DNA of 50,247 bases, filler included, from Bipalium vagum (lineage: Eukaryota), in NCBI GenBank assembly GCA_037834085.1. It is 2 parts of 2 records of this genome, joined end to end, with 100 filler letters (N's around TTAATTAATTAA, not from the genome) between each part and the next. Parts side by side here need not be neighbours in the genome. Positions count along the whole stretch, not along the records: positions 1 to 21,727 come from JBBMKC010232837.1; 1 more part is not named here. One strand, 5' to 3'. A program made the position numbers and the translations under genes. Position 1 is the stretch's first letter. Each line of letters starts with the position of its first letter. Shown piece after piece: positions 1-13,700 of the stretch. The notes beneath the pieces are model-generated. The model saw only the letters and a list, made by a program, of their open reading frames with translations, was not told the DNA's origin and made no database searches.

Positions 1-705
1 CACATAATCAAACACGTAAAGTCAACCTTCTAACCGTTAAGCTCTTAGTCTTTGCTCCAATTTAAGAGACTTAACAATTAGTATGTCTTTGGCATCTGGA
101 TTTTTATCTATTTTATAATTTTCTTATGAAGATTTTTGTCTAAAATAATTTTCTTAACTAAAGCTTACAACAAATCAGTAATGTTCTTATTTCTTTATTA
201 TTAACCGAAAGAGATCCATTAAATCATTATTATTTAATAATTAAATAATTACTTTATAAAAAATATTTTCTTCATATAAAATATATATAATCATTGATTA
301 TAATATATAATAATCAATATAAAACATAATATAATCAATAAAACATGAGTCAAAATTTTTATTATATAATTTTATTTTATTACTGAAAGAACTAATTTAT
401 TAATATAACTATCGATGTATTCGTTATCAAATGAGTACGTTTTACTTTCATATATTGATTTTATCTTACTTATAAAAAATTCCAAGAACCGTTTGAGATA
501 TAATTATTTTAAAAACATAATTCAAAATTTATTTCTAAGAAACTTTGGGCATTGTTTAATCGCATAATATGTACAATTTCATTAAATGTGATTTTTGAAA
601 CATTTTTTATTTTTATTTTGTTGAAATATTATTATTATCATCATCTGTAATTATTCTCAAAATGTCATTTAATCTTTATAAAAAGGAATTTTATACTTCT
701 CCTAG

Positions 706-727
706 ACATTTGTCCATACTGAGAGAA
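706..727 (+). CDS. APC: Possible 22-nt APC micro-exon (HLSILRE)
   Basis: Bounded by cctag| and |gtaatt. A 41-nt intron leads to 769 and the frame is preserved. Confidence 0.35.
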
Positions 728-768
728 GTAATTTTAATTTAATTTTTTCATGAGGACTTTTCGTTTAG

Positions 769-1186
769 AGTCCTGAAGACATGTTTTTGAATGGAGAACG
801 ATCTGAAGATATTTATGTTAATTTTGATGATAGATCTCTGGTAAATAGTACAGTTAATCATTTAAATATGTCAATTAACTCAACTGACAACTGTGTTTTT
901 AAGAGTTTACCTTTTACAAAACCACTACCGACGCGGCCAACGAAACCACCACCACCATTACCCAATTCAGCACCGACATATATTCAGCCTATACATCCAC
1001 CAGTTCCAATCAAATTCAACAACAACCTTGTGACAATGGTTACGGCTTCAACGCAAACGGTGAGCAATTCGACAGGAGCCAGCTTAATTGAAGGAAATGT
1101 TCCAGACATTTTATCGTTCACTCTAAACAATCAGTCCAACCTGTTTAATCTTAACTCAAATTCACCGACATTTCCCAAAGAATTAG
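769..1186 (+). CDS. APC: APC exon, low-complexity proline-rich N-terminal region
   Basis: tttag| acceptor in frame with ORF 781-1209. Phase-1 donor at 1187 and a 50-nt intron join it in frame to the next exon. Confidence 0.75.
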
Positions 1187-1724
1187 GTTTTCATAAATTT
1201 GTCTTTTGATCTTTTATTAAAGCTTTATCACATCAGATTCTTCTATCACGACAGACGAATACCAATGTATCGATAATTTCGATATCAATTATCCCCAAGA
1301 CTCCTGTCTAGTAATGTCGACATTGCTAACGAGCAACTTTGATTTGGAATCTTTCATCACCAAGTACAACGATCTAATGCACGATTCGATGTCATGGACA
1401 GTGGCTGATAGCAAGGCCAACGATACCAACAATGCATCCTGTGATTCTCAATTGGACATTTCTCGTTTTGAATTAAGAAGAAATGCCGAAAAAGTGACTT
1501 TTATCATTTATTTCCGATCGGAGAGTTTAAACTATTTCGATTCAGGAGTTCTATCGATTTTTACACGACAACATCAATGTGACTTGGCGAAAATATTATC
1601 TGAATGTTTTCTCATCGATTCAACAAATTCGAAATTATTGTGAAACGTTACGCGTGATCGCCCAGTATCACAATGTAACAGGTCATTGATTCTATTATTG
1701 TTTTTTCTTTTATTATTATTATTA

Positions 1725-1771
<47 letters not shown>

Positions 1772-4700
1772 TTAGTTTTATTATTTTTGGTTTTATTTTT
1801 ATCATTATTATCGATTATTTGCATTATTAGTATTACAATTGTTATTATAATTAATTTTATTTTTATTATCAATATTTTTTTATTGATTTTTTTATCTCCA
1901 TTAGTTGTTATTATTTATTTTTATTATTATAATTTATTTATCTTAATATTACTATTTTTTATTTATTTATTTATTATTATTATTGTTATTTTTAATATTA
2001 TCAATTTTCTTATTGATTTTTTTTCGGCATTAATTATTATTTACTGAAGGAAAATTATTAAACTTAATATGCAGAAATGTTTACATTTTATTTATTTTTT
2101 CTTCCAAAACTCTAAGAACATAATTTATATGTAGAATATAATGTAAGGTGGGCTGTTGAAAAATTATTCCCATTATTATGTATGTTGTGGTTTGAGTTGC
2201 ATTTCTATCGATTTCAAATAGATTATTTGACAATCATTTTACATGAAAAATAAAGTGTAAAAGAAAATCGATACTGTTTCTCTGCTCCTCTTAGTTAATG
2301 AAGCAAGAAAAACTTTGATTTTAAATCTGGTAGTTAATTGACCGATAAAACTGATTCTTATGGATAAATGAACGGGCGAGATAACCTTGTGGAAATAACG
2401 ACAATTGTCTCTAGGGATTTGTAAATTTTTCTTTCATTTTTCAATCTGAATATCATTTTCCCTGAAAAAAAATAATCGATTAAATTATTTCCAATAAATG
2501 TCACATGAAACACCAGATTATTTTGAAATTGAATTTTTCTGTAAAAGATATACAGAATAAACCAATAGGAAAATATATTTTGTTAATTTATTCTAGAGAA
2601 TTTTCTCTTGGCTAAATGTGACCTAAATATATAACGAATTTCGAATGTATTTCTTGTCGAAATTTTTATTTTCATCATTATGACAGAGAGTGAAATATCA
2701 TTTTTCTTTCAACGATAATAATCTTATTAAAAAAATTTGATTATGCATTTTTATTCACGCAATTAAATTATCAATTGAAATCAATTTCGTATAAAATTAA
2801 TGATTTAAAATAAAATCAATCAGCGATATATAATATTGATTCAGTTTTGTTTAAATTAAATGATAATTGTAATAAAAAATAAAGATAAAGAAAATGAAAA
2901 ATAAAAATTAAATTAAAACTAATGAATAACCGAAACAAAGTAACAGAAACCTTGACTGCGACTCATATGAAAATAAAGGGTAGGGGTCTGATTTTTAAAA
3001 CCAGATGGTGGTTAGTCTAACATGATATCCGATTGAAAGATTCAACAATCACTAAAAATCCATTGTTATTTTCACCCACTATAAATTTATTGAGTCTTTT
3101 GATGTGTTAATAAACGTTATTTCTTATTGTTTTATTTTCCCTTTGATTCAATCCTGGTATTTTCAATCTATCGGTGAAACTATTAACTGCTATAGCATCT
3201 ATGTAAATTAAAAACTATTTTCCAACCGACTAAATATAACTTATGGAAATGTCGTGCTTCTTGCTTCCGAACACTCCTTTTCTCCGACTAAATAATCCCG
3301 TGTTTTATTTTGATTTTCGTAGAAATATGTATATGACTACTGGTTGGATATTAATAGATATAAATATCTTTATTCAAAATAACAAAGTTATGTATTTTTA
3401 GAAATATTAGGTGTACAATTATAGGTCGGGTCGTTTTTTATTTACGTTTATTATTTTTAATAAAGAAATATTTCAAAATAATGTTATTGTTTAACTGTTC
3501 ATTTTAAGAGCATTTTTTTATGTGCAATTTTGAAAAATGATTTTAAAAATTTTCAATGTTACACACCTGGACAAAAAAATGAGGCTTACATAATTTATAT
3601 CATATATGATGACATTTATTTTAACAATTTTACAAAAATTTTCAAACAATATATCAATAACTGAATAAAAAATATTAATAAGGTATATATTTCCATTTGG
3701 CTAATTTAACCAACATGAGCCGTTTGGGTAGGCTATATGATAGTCTCTGACAATGATCTGTATAAATGATTTTCCAGTCTTTCTCGACTGCTTTCCACAG
3801 TTAGTCAGGAGTATTGAAATTTTTCCCGACTAGTTTTGCCTTTATGTATGCCCATATATTCTCAGTGGGATTAAGATCTGGCGATTGTCCAGGCCAAAAC
3901 ATAACCGGTACATATATATAACCGTTATATATAAATATTAATAACTTTGATAGCTTCTGCATACAAAAATATATGTATTTTCTAAGTGCGGAGCACTGTA
4001 TATTAATACGATTATCAGTTTTGCTAAGTCACCGTGACGACTTTTTCTGCCATTTATTGTTTCTGTAAATCGAAAATGAAATATTTTAACGATTTTCTAA
4101 CTTCAAATATTATTATTGGTGTCTCTAAATTAAATTTTTATCGATTTACGATATTGATATAATTAATCTTTAAAATTTAATAATTTTTTAAGTATTTATG
4201 AGACGATTTATTTCATAATTTTCGAAACCACTTCCAAAGTTTGGCATTGGGAAATATTGATTTTTACGGGTCAAATTAATTTTTCCAAGCAATTATACAT
4301 AAAAACAATTTTCCATTAAATTTTTCTAACAATAAAATAAATGAAAATAAAGTTCATCGTTTTCATATTATTATTAAAAGGGTAATACAATTTTTTTAGG
4401 GTAAAAAATTAATAATCTCTTGAATTGAGTGGTAAAACTTTCCATTTTATTGAAACTAAATCTCATTTTTTATTTTGTCCCGTTTATTTGATGTAAAAAA
4501 TTAAAATTTAAAAAATTAAAATTTAAAAATTAAAAAAATTTAGTAGCGATTTTAATTATTGATTTTTTATTTATTAAATGGTTTTAGTTATAATTAATGC
4601 ACTAATTATAGATTTGAATAGGAGTATTAATTAGGAGTAATAACAATTAGTTGCGGTTTTTTATGCATGAATCAAAATTCAGTAAAAAGCAACACTTTAT

Positions 4701-7700
4701 TTAAAAATAGAAAAATTAATCATCTATATAATTTTTTTCATTTTCAAAAAAGTTTTGTGCTAGTTTTGCATCAATTTTTTGATTCCTCTGGCATAGAATT
4801 TTCGGGGCTTTACAGCAAAAAAGTCAGCAAAATAATTTCTTAGCTCTTCTTCTTACACAATTCTGCCAGTTGATTTCATAGCGAAAGAAACTATCTGACG
4901 GTTCCAAATCAGGTTGGTATGGTGGAGTATTCGAAAGAACCTTCTATTTCATTTGTTTGTCTTTTTCTGTGACCAGATTGAATACGTGAGGGCGAGCGTT
5001 GTCATGGAGAAGAATCTCTTTTTTTGAATTTTGGTGATTTGTACTTATTGCTTTACTTAAGCAATCTAATATGTCCGCATAAAGTGTTTCAATTATTGTC
5101 ATGTTCCTTGACAGTAGTTCCCAATGAACGATGCCTTTGACATTCCACTATTCACATATCATAACTTATTTTTTATGAAATTCCAATTGTGGGATTTTTC
5201 AGGCCTTTGATCTCTATTCATCCATTACTTTCTATGTTTCGTGTGGCAAACAAAACACACTTTTCATCATCAGTCACAATCCGATTAAAAAAGGTTCACG
5301 GCTATGGTGGAAAAAAGATAAAATTTACGTCTGCAGACATTTTTAAAAGTTTGATTCAGACTCACTTTCTCAACTTTTGAACCTATCCAATAGAATTGAG
5401 ATGATGGGATATTGTTGACTAGCGAATTCATCTTTGGTTGCCTATTGAACTCTTATGTCTCTTTGTCAAAATCACTTACACATCCTGACCGAACATCATC
5501 TTCAATAGTTACGGATTTGAATCTTGTAAGCAACCACTGACTGGTACCTTCAGCCAGATTTTCATTTAGGTAGGTAGATGTGATATCCTTTTGAGCTTGT
5601 GTTTCATTACGAACAAGATCATAAAGTAAGCAGTGTCGAATATGAAATGTCACCATATTTTCAGACTTCTGTTGGTTTCACCGATATTTCAACCTAAAGA
5701 AATATGGGGCTTCCATAAGTAACTGCATGGTTTATTTTAAAATATCTTTTTATAAAAATGTAAACGAAGACGTTTTCTGTGATAATTTATTTAGATACAA
5801 AAGTTACATATGGAAAGTAATATTTTCTTAATGGCCTACTCTGGATGCCGTACACTCACGTGCTATTTTCATGGTATTTTCCATAACTTTTTCACATAAT
5901 TCCGGGGAAATATCTAGGCAGCCTTCTGGATATTTTGTTTGAGATCCATAAGAGAACTTGGTTTATCAGCATAAACTATGTTCTTCAAGTACCCCCATAA
6001 AAAAGTCCGGAGCTGTTAAATCTGGCTATCTGGGTTTAGAGATTAACCGGTCCGGAAACAGATATTAAAATAGTCGCTTTTGAGTTGGTAGTAGGACATG
6101 TAACTCCGTCCGGTTGAAACAACATGTTTACTGACTTCAATGCCTTTAATTGCGAAGCTAAGAAGTTAAATTATACATACAAATTCAATTCCGTCATAAA
6201 TAAATTTTCATCATATTATAATATCAGAAAATATCAATAAATGTTAACGGTCTAAATGAACATAAAATTTCGCAACTGTTTCTTACGAAACCTAATATTA
6301 TGTTGGCCTTTTTAATCTGAATTTTACATGAATCTTAACTGTGAAAATGCAATGATAAGCTTAAATACTTTATTAAACAAAGACTCAACCGATCCAATAC
6401 ATCTCTGTTTGTGCTTTATCTTAATTTTCAATGTTATAATAGTCTAGAGTTCTAGAGGAAAAACTCTGATTTCTTCTTGGTTCATTCATAAAAATGAGTT
6501 AGATATTCGAAAACACATCTTTTGGGACCTGAAGAATACGATAGGTGCAGAAAAGTTTCTAAGACCAGTTGTTTAAGTTTAGGAATTTTTTGCAATATGG
6601 TGTTATCATCAACATGTTGATTTTTGTCAAGAAATTGGCAGAAAAAATCAATGAGATCACATTTGCATCATCATACTGATACCAACTAACTGGACCAATG
6701 AAGAAGATTTCGAAAAAGACTTTTAGGATCATTGGAAGAATGTTTTGAGATTGATGTTGAAGGCCGAATTTTTACAATTGATAACTTCACTATTTGCCAA
6801 GAAACGAATCAGACGAATAATATTAATAAATAATAATAAAAGGAATTACAAAAACAAACAATAAATAATAATTAAATAATAAATAAAACAATTTAAAAAA
6901 ATAAAAAAGATTTTTAAAATAGTAATAAATAATAATCACATTATAATAATATTAATAATAGGTCGTTAAAATAAAGGTAACTAGGAAAAATATTTCTAAA
7001 AATAATAATATTATTATTCATGATTATTAGTAATGCTATTATAAAAATAGGAATAATAAAAAAATATTTTAAAAAAACATGATGGAAGTATTTTTTATTA
7101 ACTGTCATAAAAATTATATAACATATTTAAAAAAATAATATTAATTAATTAATAATAATAATAAAACTGAAATGATTATTGATAATCGAGAAAAATAATG
7201 AATGACTGTCAACTATTAATGAGGGTCAATTTTTTTTCAGAATTGAGTAACTATTTGGATTACGAGCCCGGTGAAGCCACGTGCACACTGATGAAAATGT
7301 CTTTCAATGAAAATTATCGCCGGATTATTTGCCAATTAGGTAAGATTAATTTAATGATCAGTGAACCGGGAAGGGGACGGGACACGTTGAAGGGAAATGC
7401 ATGCTAAACTAGTTTTTCAATGTTGAACGAAAAATTCAGTCTGATCTGCGAATGTTTTTCAGTGAATGTCGACGATCGATAATTAATATAATTGTGAATC
7501 ACTTTTCCTCACTGCAAGTCACTGTTGACTCAGCTAGTTTCTTTGTTGAATTTGTCTGGTTTTCAATCCAAACCCGAAACACATTGTGTTTGTATTTTGT
7601 CACTCTATGAATCGATGTGTATGTGTTTGTTTGCCTCTATTTCACACTGGAATGAGTTCGACCATCATATGTTAGCCAATCATTTTCATGCTCTGAAACT

Positions 7701-10700
7701 CTCGTGTCTGTGTCTGTCTGTTTGTGAGCAAGTGTGTTCAAGTCTGGCTTGGTCGAACGTCTACTCATCATTAATTGGTGGTTCATTTTATAGGAAAAAA
7801 ACAGGGATATATTTATTTCGATCACAACAATGAATCATCGCCGCTCGTTCTGGCATTTAAGAAATGTCTAAAATTGATCCAGTATTCTTTTTATATGTAA
7901 ATTGTATTTAAATGTCCTTTGATAATCTTGGAATATTTATTATTTTCCTCTGTCAAATGATTATTATTATTACATATTTATCTCTTAATGATTGATACAT
8001 TTTTTCAGTGAATAGGGATTTTTATTATTAAATTACATTTATATATTTACAGAGATTTTTGTTTATGTTGACCTTGCCTTGTTTTTAGCACAGAGAAAAA
8101 CAATTATTTATTTTAATCTGTCCATTTTAATATTGATTTAATATTATTAATCAATATCTAAAATACAACGATTGATTCATAGTATTTAAAATAGTTAATA
8201 AATATTGGAGAAATATCAAATAATATTGATTTAATTTATGTTGAATTTTATTTTATCGATTTATATAAAAAACATTTAATTTTCTAATACATATAAAAGC
8301 TTGTAATGAATTTCTTAGCACTTCGATCTCACAGCAGCCTGAAAAATTATTTAGTAATAATTTTTTTAAAATTTCTATTTACTAACATCTGCTGAAAAAA
8401 TGTCAAAAGCGAAAGTTCATTTTTTGTATTTCAGACGGAAATTATCATCAATGGTCACAAAAACAGTTCTTAACATAATGAATTTTTGATTTTTATATAT
8501 AACTCTCCTCATTTATACACGAATACTTGTCATATATATATACTGGATTTGTTCGTTGTAGTAATCCATTTCATTGATCAAACCTTTCAACGTCTGATCT
8601 GTTCTCCTTTCAATGATTATAGTTCATTCAACCACTGTTACAAGAAGATTAAGTCACCGAAAGTGATTATAGGGCTATGTATAATTTTCCCAAACAAGAA
8701 AATAAAGCAATAATTGTTATATGAAGGGATGTCCTCGACCAATTCAATCGGTCAGGATCAGAATAAAACCAACATTAACAAATTTCGATAAGAATTTATT
8801 AACAATTTTTTGCATAGGTGTGATCTTTGTCAAATCACTTATAATGATCGTCTGATATTTTTTATAAAACAATATTGTCAAGGTTACAGTACTTCATAAA
8901 TAATTAAAATACCATTGTAAACAATTATAGTTAAAGAAATGTAATTTGAAAATGAATTTTTTGTAATGTGATATTTTGATCGACTTATCTTTTGCTGGCA
9001 TCTGACAACAAGAGACCGAATTGACGGGAAAAGAACTTTTTTCTCTGGATTTACACGTGCTATAATAATTAAAAGCTTTCAACAGAAAATTTCTCATAGC
9101 TCTGCTATAATCGATGCAAAATGAGAATTTTAATAACTTCTGGTAGATAACACATTCCTCTTTTAAAAGTCTAGTTTTTTATCTTGACATTTCTGATATT
9201 ATTATTGATTTATCTGGTTGGTAAGAAAATAGATGCGTTTTTAACCGAAAAATTTTTTATTAAAAATCTCAAGAGACAATAAAGTGCTACATTTTAAAAT
9301 ATGATCGTTGACAAGCAACCTATTTCTGTCAATGCAAAAAAAGTTTATTTATTCCAATGACCTAGAAGTAAGGCATTGCGAACAGTGCTGTTGTTATTGA
9401 AGTGTAGAAAGGGAGAAAGGTGATTTAAAAAGATAGTCAGTAACAACAGATACGATGAATCATACTTTCAAATTAAAAATCATTCAGCTTCTCCAGGGAA
9501 TGTTTTGAAAAGGTGCCGCCAGGTATTGTCGTTAAGAATTATTGGATATTTTCTATTGACTAATGCGTAGCACAAAGAAATCACGATTTCCTTTGCATTT
9601 CGTCAACTTTTTGACAATATCTCTCTGTTATCATAGATTCTCCTTGATTTAAGAAATTATAGTGATGGGTGAGCACAAAACCGACACCATGTTTTTTTGC
9701 AACCTCTGCTTTGCGAACTGATTTTGAGTTTCGATAATGTCTAGCAACGTTGTTGACTACCAACAGTTTTCGTCGGGAATCCATTGTTCATTGTAGGCTC
9801 TCATCTCTACTCCTAAATGTTTTGCACCACATGGATTTTTTCACAGAAAGCCTCATTGATTTTACAAATGGTCTCGCCAGCATTATCGTGTAATTTACAC
9901 TCGTACCGTGATTGTAATTGGAATTTTTCTAGCATGACTTCTACAAATAATATAAATTTAGAAACTAGTAATCATAGTAAAGTAGAACCCAGGTGAATGT
10001 AAAACATTTTCTATCCTTTAAAACGTTATATAAATTAATGCGTTCAAACAAATATGTCTCCAAGAAATCTGTTGACACTTTTAAATATATATAAAGAGGA
10101 AATTATTTAATGACCAACCTAATACATTTTGTTTATTGAGCACGTTTTAGAGATATTACCGATTTTCTGATACAAATTGAAGAGGGTATTCTTAACAAAT
10201 TCATTTGATTGTAATAGTTTTTATTTCATCTTAGCACATTTTTATTTTTCTTCCAAGCAAGAAAAATATTGTTCTTAAATCTCGTATTAGAATAACTGCA
10301 GATTTTTCGAGCTCTTTAATTTTCAATTAATTATTTTTAAGCTCCTTTGATAGATGAAAACAAACGAAATTCACACTTTTCTCACTTTGAATCTCTTCGG
10401 GAAAGGTATCGAAATCGTTATATATAAAAAATAATTTTGCCCCTTGATTTATCAAATTTATTTGAACATGAGATTTAAATTTCCTCAAACAGTAACAATT
10501 GAGATTTTTCAATCTGATTATACTTAGCCCACGTTTCACCTGATATTATATAAAAAGAACTATTTTTATTGTATTTTAGTTTATTGATTTTGCCAAATAT
10601 TTTTTCCTTTAATTTAAACTGACGAGACTTGTAGAAATTAATTTTATTTGTATATATTTTTTATTTTAATTACAATAATTTTTTGTTTCAAAATATTTAT

Positions 10701-13700
10701 TTATTCATTAAATAAAATTTATTTAAATTAATTAAAACTTGAAAAATCAATATTAAAGTTTTGTTCCTCTTAAGGATAATGTGGCTTTGAACATGAACTT
10801 TACATAAAAAAATATTGGCACAAAATGAAATATATTATTGAAATGTGAAATTATCAAAGGTTTTCATGATGTCACTCTGTTTCATAATTTATTGGGTTGA
10901 GAAATAATTCACGAGCGTTTTACCTAAGTTAAAAATAGATTCATAAATTAAACGCTTTTACAAAAATATTTTATGTTAATAGGCATACCGATTTTTGTTT
11001 TTATAGATAGTATATTTGAACTTAATATTTATTTAATTTTTGCTATCATTTTCAACTCATAAAATGGAATGTCAGGTTGAGTATTTCCGACACCATCTCC
11101 TATTCGCATTTAATCGAGTTATTAGCGCCGTCGAAGCTGCTCCAGAAATCGGTTCTGTTTATGGCATAAAAGTAATGCCTAAAAGTACCTCCCTGAGTTA
11201 GTTTTCGCGCTTTAAAAATGGGAATTTTGATCTGAAGGACGGGTCACGCAGTGGCTGACCAACTGTGTTTGACGAAAAACGTTTGGACCAGTTTCTTCTT
11301 GAAAATTCTTGTCAAACGACTAGAGAATTAGCAGATGAATTGTGAGAAAAAAACGGTGTTGAACCACCTTCATTCAACGGGCAAGGTTCAGAAACTCGAC
11401 GCTTGGGTGCCACACTGTCTGAGGGAAAAGATTAGAAATCAGCGTATCACAATTACTGCCAGTTTGGCTACTCGATATTACTCAACACAGAGTCACAAGG
11501 AGAGTTTTCTTTACGCATCGTTACTAGAGATAAAAAATGGGGCCTATAGAGTGTACATCAATATGATGTAAGAATTGTAAAAATTCGCGTATTTGGTTAG
11601 AAAAATAACAGCTTCACAAGAATTGATTTTTCCATATATCAAATTTCCAATTTTCGCTTTAATTATATTGCCAAATGAAATTTCATTAGTTCCTTTTTGA
11701 AAATGTCTTAGAATCTTTTTAAAGTAAACCTATAGAAATAAATTGCATTTTAAAATTCTCATTAAAATGTTATTTTCATAATTGTTTAAATAATCCAATA
11801 ATTTTTTAGAAATTATCAGAAATGGCGCACAAAATGACGAACAAAGATATTCGCACAATTTACTTATATGAATAGAGAAATTATGAGAACGCATTTTTAG
11901 AAACTGCTGAAAACATTAATTTGAAATTTGGGAAAGGTATAGCTAATGTGCGCACCTTAAGGCTGTGGTATGTGAAATTTGCGGAAGATGATGAAAGCCA
12001 ATCAAACGCATAGTGTAGTAGACCCTAAAGCATCATTGAAAATGCCGATTTACTGGGTGAGATGAAATTAAATTCAGGTCAAACTGTTTGGGGTCTTGCT
12101 AAAAAACATTAACTGTTAGTTTTCATAATTTTGTATGGAATCTGGCGTAATTTGTTGTGTTACCCTTTGAATTCAACTGATCTTAAAGAAAGACCACCAA
12201 ATACTTATAGTTCTTTTTCTTTGGAAATCTTTATTTTTGAGAAATTGAAGTTTGTTTCAATTATTAATTTCCTGGAAATCATAGAAGTTTTCTTGTCTTT
12301 CTAATGGTTTTGAGAACATCTTATCAATTAAAGTTCTTGGTTCTGAACACCGATTTGGATTTAATATTTCTAATTTTAGGAGGATTAAAAGCTCTTGTGC
12401 AACTGATTGTGATAAATGATAATGTCCTTGGCGACCTGGCTAATAATTACCACCTGACTGTTCGTAGATATGCCTGCATGGCATTGACAAATCTGACATT
12501 CGGGATAAACGAAAATAAAGTTTTATTATGTTCAATTCCAGCTGTCCTTGTCACATTATCGCATTTTTTGTCCAGCTTCAGCGAAGATGTCAAACAGGTA
12601 AGGCGGACGACATTGTGAATTGTAAAATATTTAATTAATTTTTAATAAAATAAACAACGCTGGGAAATATTTTTGATATTTAATGAAAATGTTATCATCG
12701 TTATCATCAGACTTTGATAATAATTTATAATTTTCGTTATATCATTTATTTTAACAGATTTTTTCACTAATAAATTCAACTGATTAAATTCTGTTGACAG
12801 TCAACATAAAAAGTGAATGTTTTGGAAACATAAAATTATTTATTTATTTCCAGTTTATTTCACTTCTGCTTTACCGAGATCTGCAAAAAGTCAAAGTTTA
12901 AGGACTTATTTATTTAAGCTTGTTTTTACATAAATCTAATTTTTATAATATTTTTATTATTGCAAATAAAGTTGGAATTTTTAAAATAAATATTTACCAA
13001 TAGGAATTAATTTTTTTAATTGATTGGTGCAAAAATAATGGCCGTTTTTCAAGCTATTACAATGATCATGCAAAAGTTCGTGGTCAAAAAAATCTTATAA
13101 AGAAATTTTAAATTCCAAATAAGGTTTTACTGTTATTTCCAATATTTAATAACGACATCATTTTACGGTTGAAAATGTATAACTGTATTTAGGTAGCAAT
13201 TTATCATTTGTTTAAATATTGACTGTACGTTTGTGAATTTCAATAATTATTTTTTTCAAATCTTGTGATTAAGATGAATATTACAAAATTTGAAATAAGA
13301 GTGTTGCTGCGCTACTTTTGAAAAAGAGGCTTGAGCATGAGTGATGCTTGATGTACGAGTTTGAAGATGAATGAATTGTTGCTCAGAGGACTGCTGCTAA
13401 ATGGTTCAATTGCTTAAATAATGTAGATTTGAACCTTGAAGACAAATCACGTTTAGGTCGACCTTCAGTGCTAGTGGCTGATGAATTGATTACATTCCTT
13501 CTTTAAGTTGACTCGATTTAGTTGAAAATGTTGGTGTACATCAACTAATTGTCATGAAATAATATTAACTCGATTTTATTCACAACAAACCACGACAAGA
13601 TCCACACTTCCTAAGTGAAAAGCAAGCAACGAATAGAGTTGATATTTGCAAAAAGCTGCTTGAAAACCAGTTAGATAATCGCTTTTGGAGGCTCGGATAA

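Noticed and set aside
1648-2047. Hydrophobic poly-Ile ORFs resembling membrane proteins (also 21530-21775)
   Set aside because: They are translations of (ATT)n microsatellite and AT-rich low-complexity DNA.
7525-7833. 102-aa Cys-rich ORF and its antisense ORF as a nested gene
   Set aside because: Non-ATG start, composition driven by GT-rich runs, and no recognisable domain.
8400-9150. Coding-like tract in an APC intron (similar tracts at 1-110, 2940-3310 and 6540-6810)
   Set aside because: Probably old TE debris, but no motif allowed a supported assignment.
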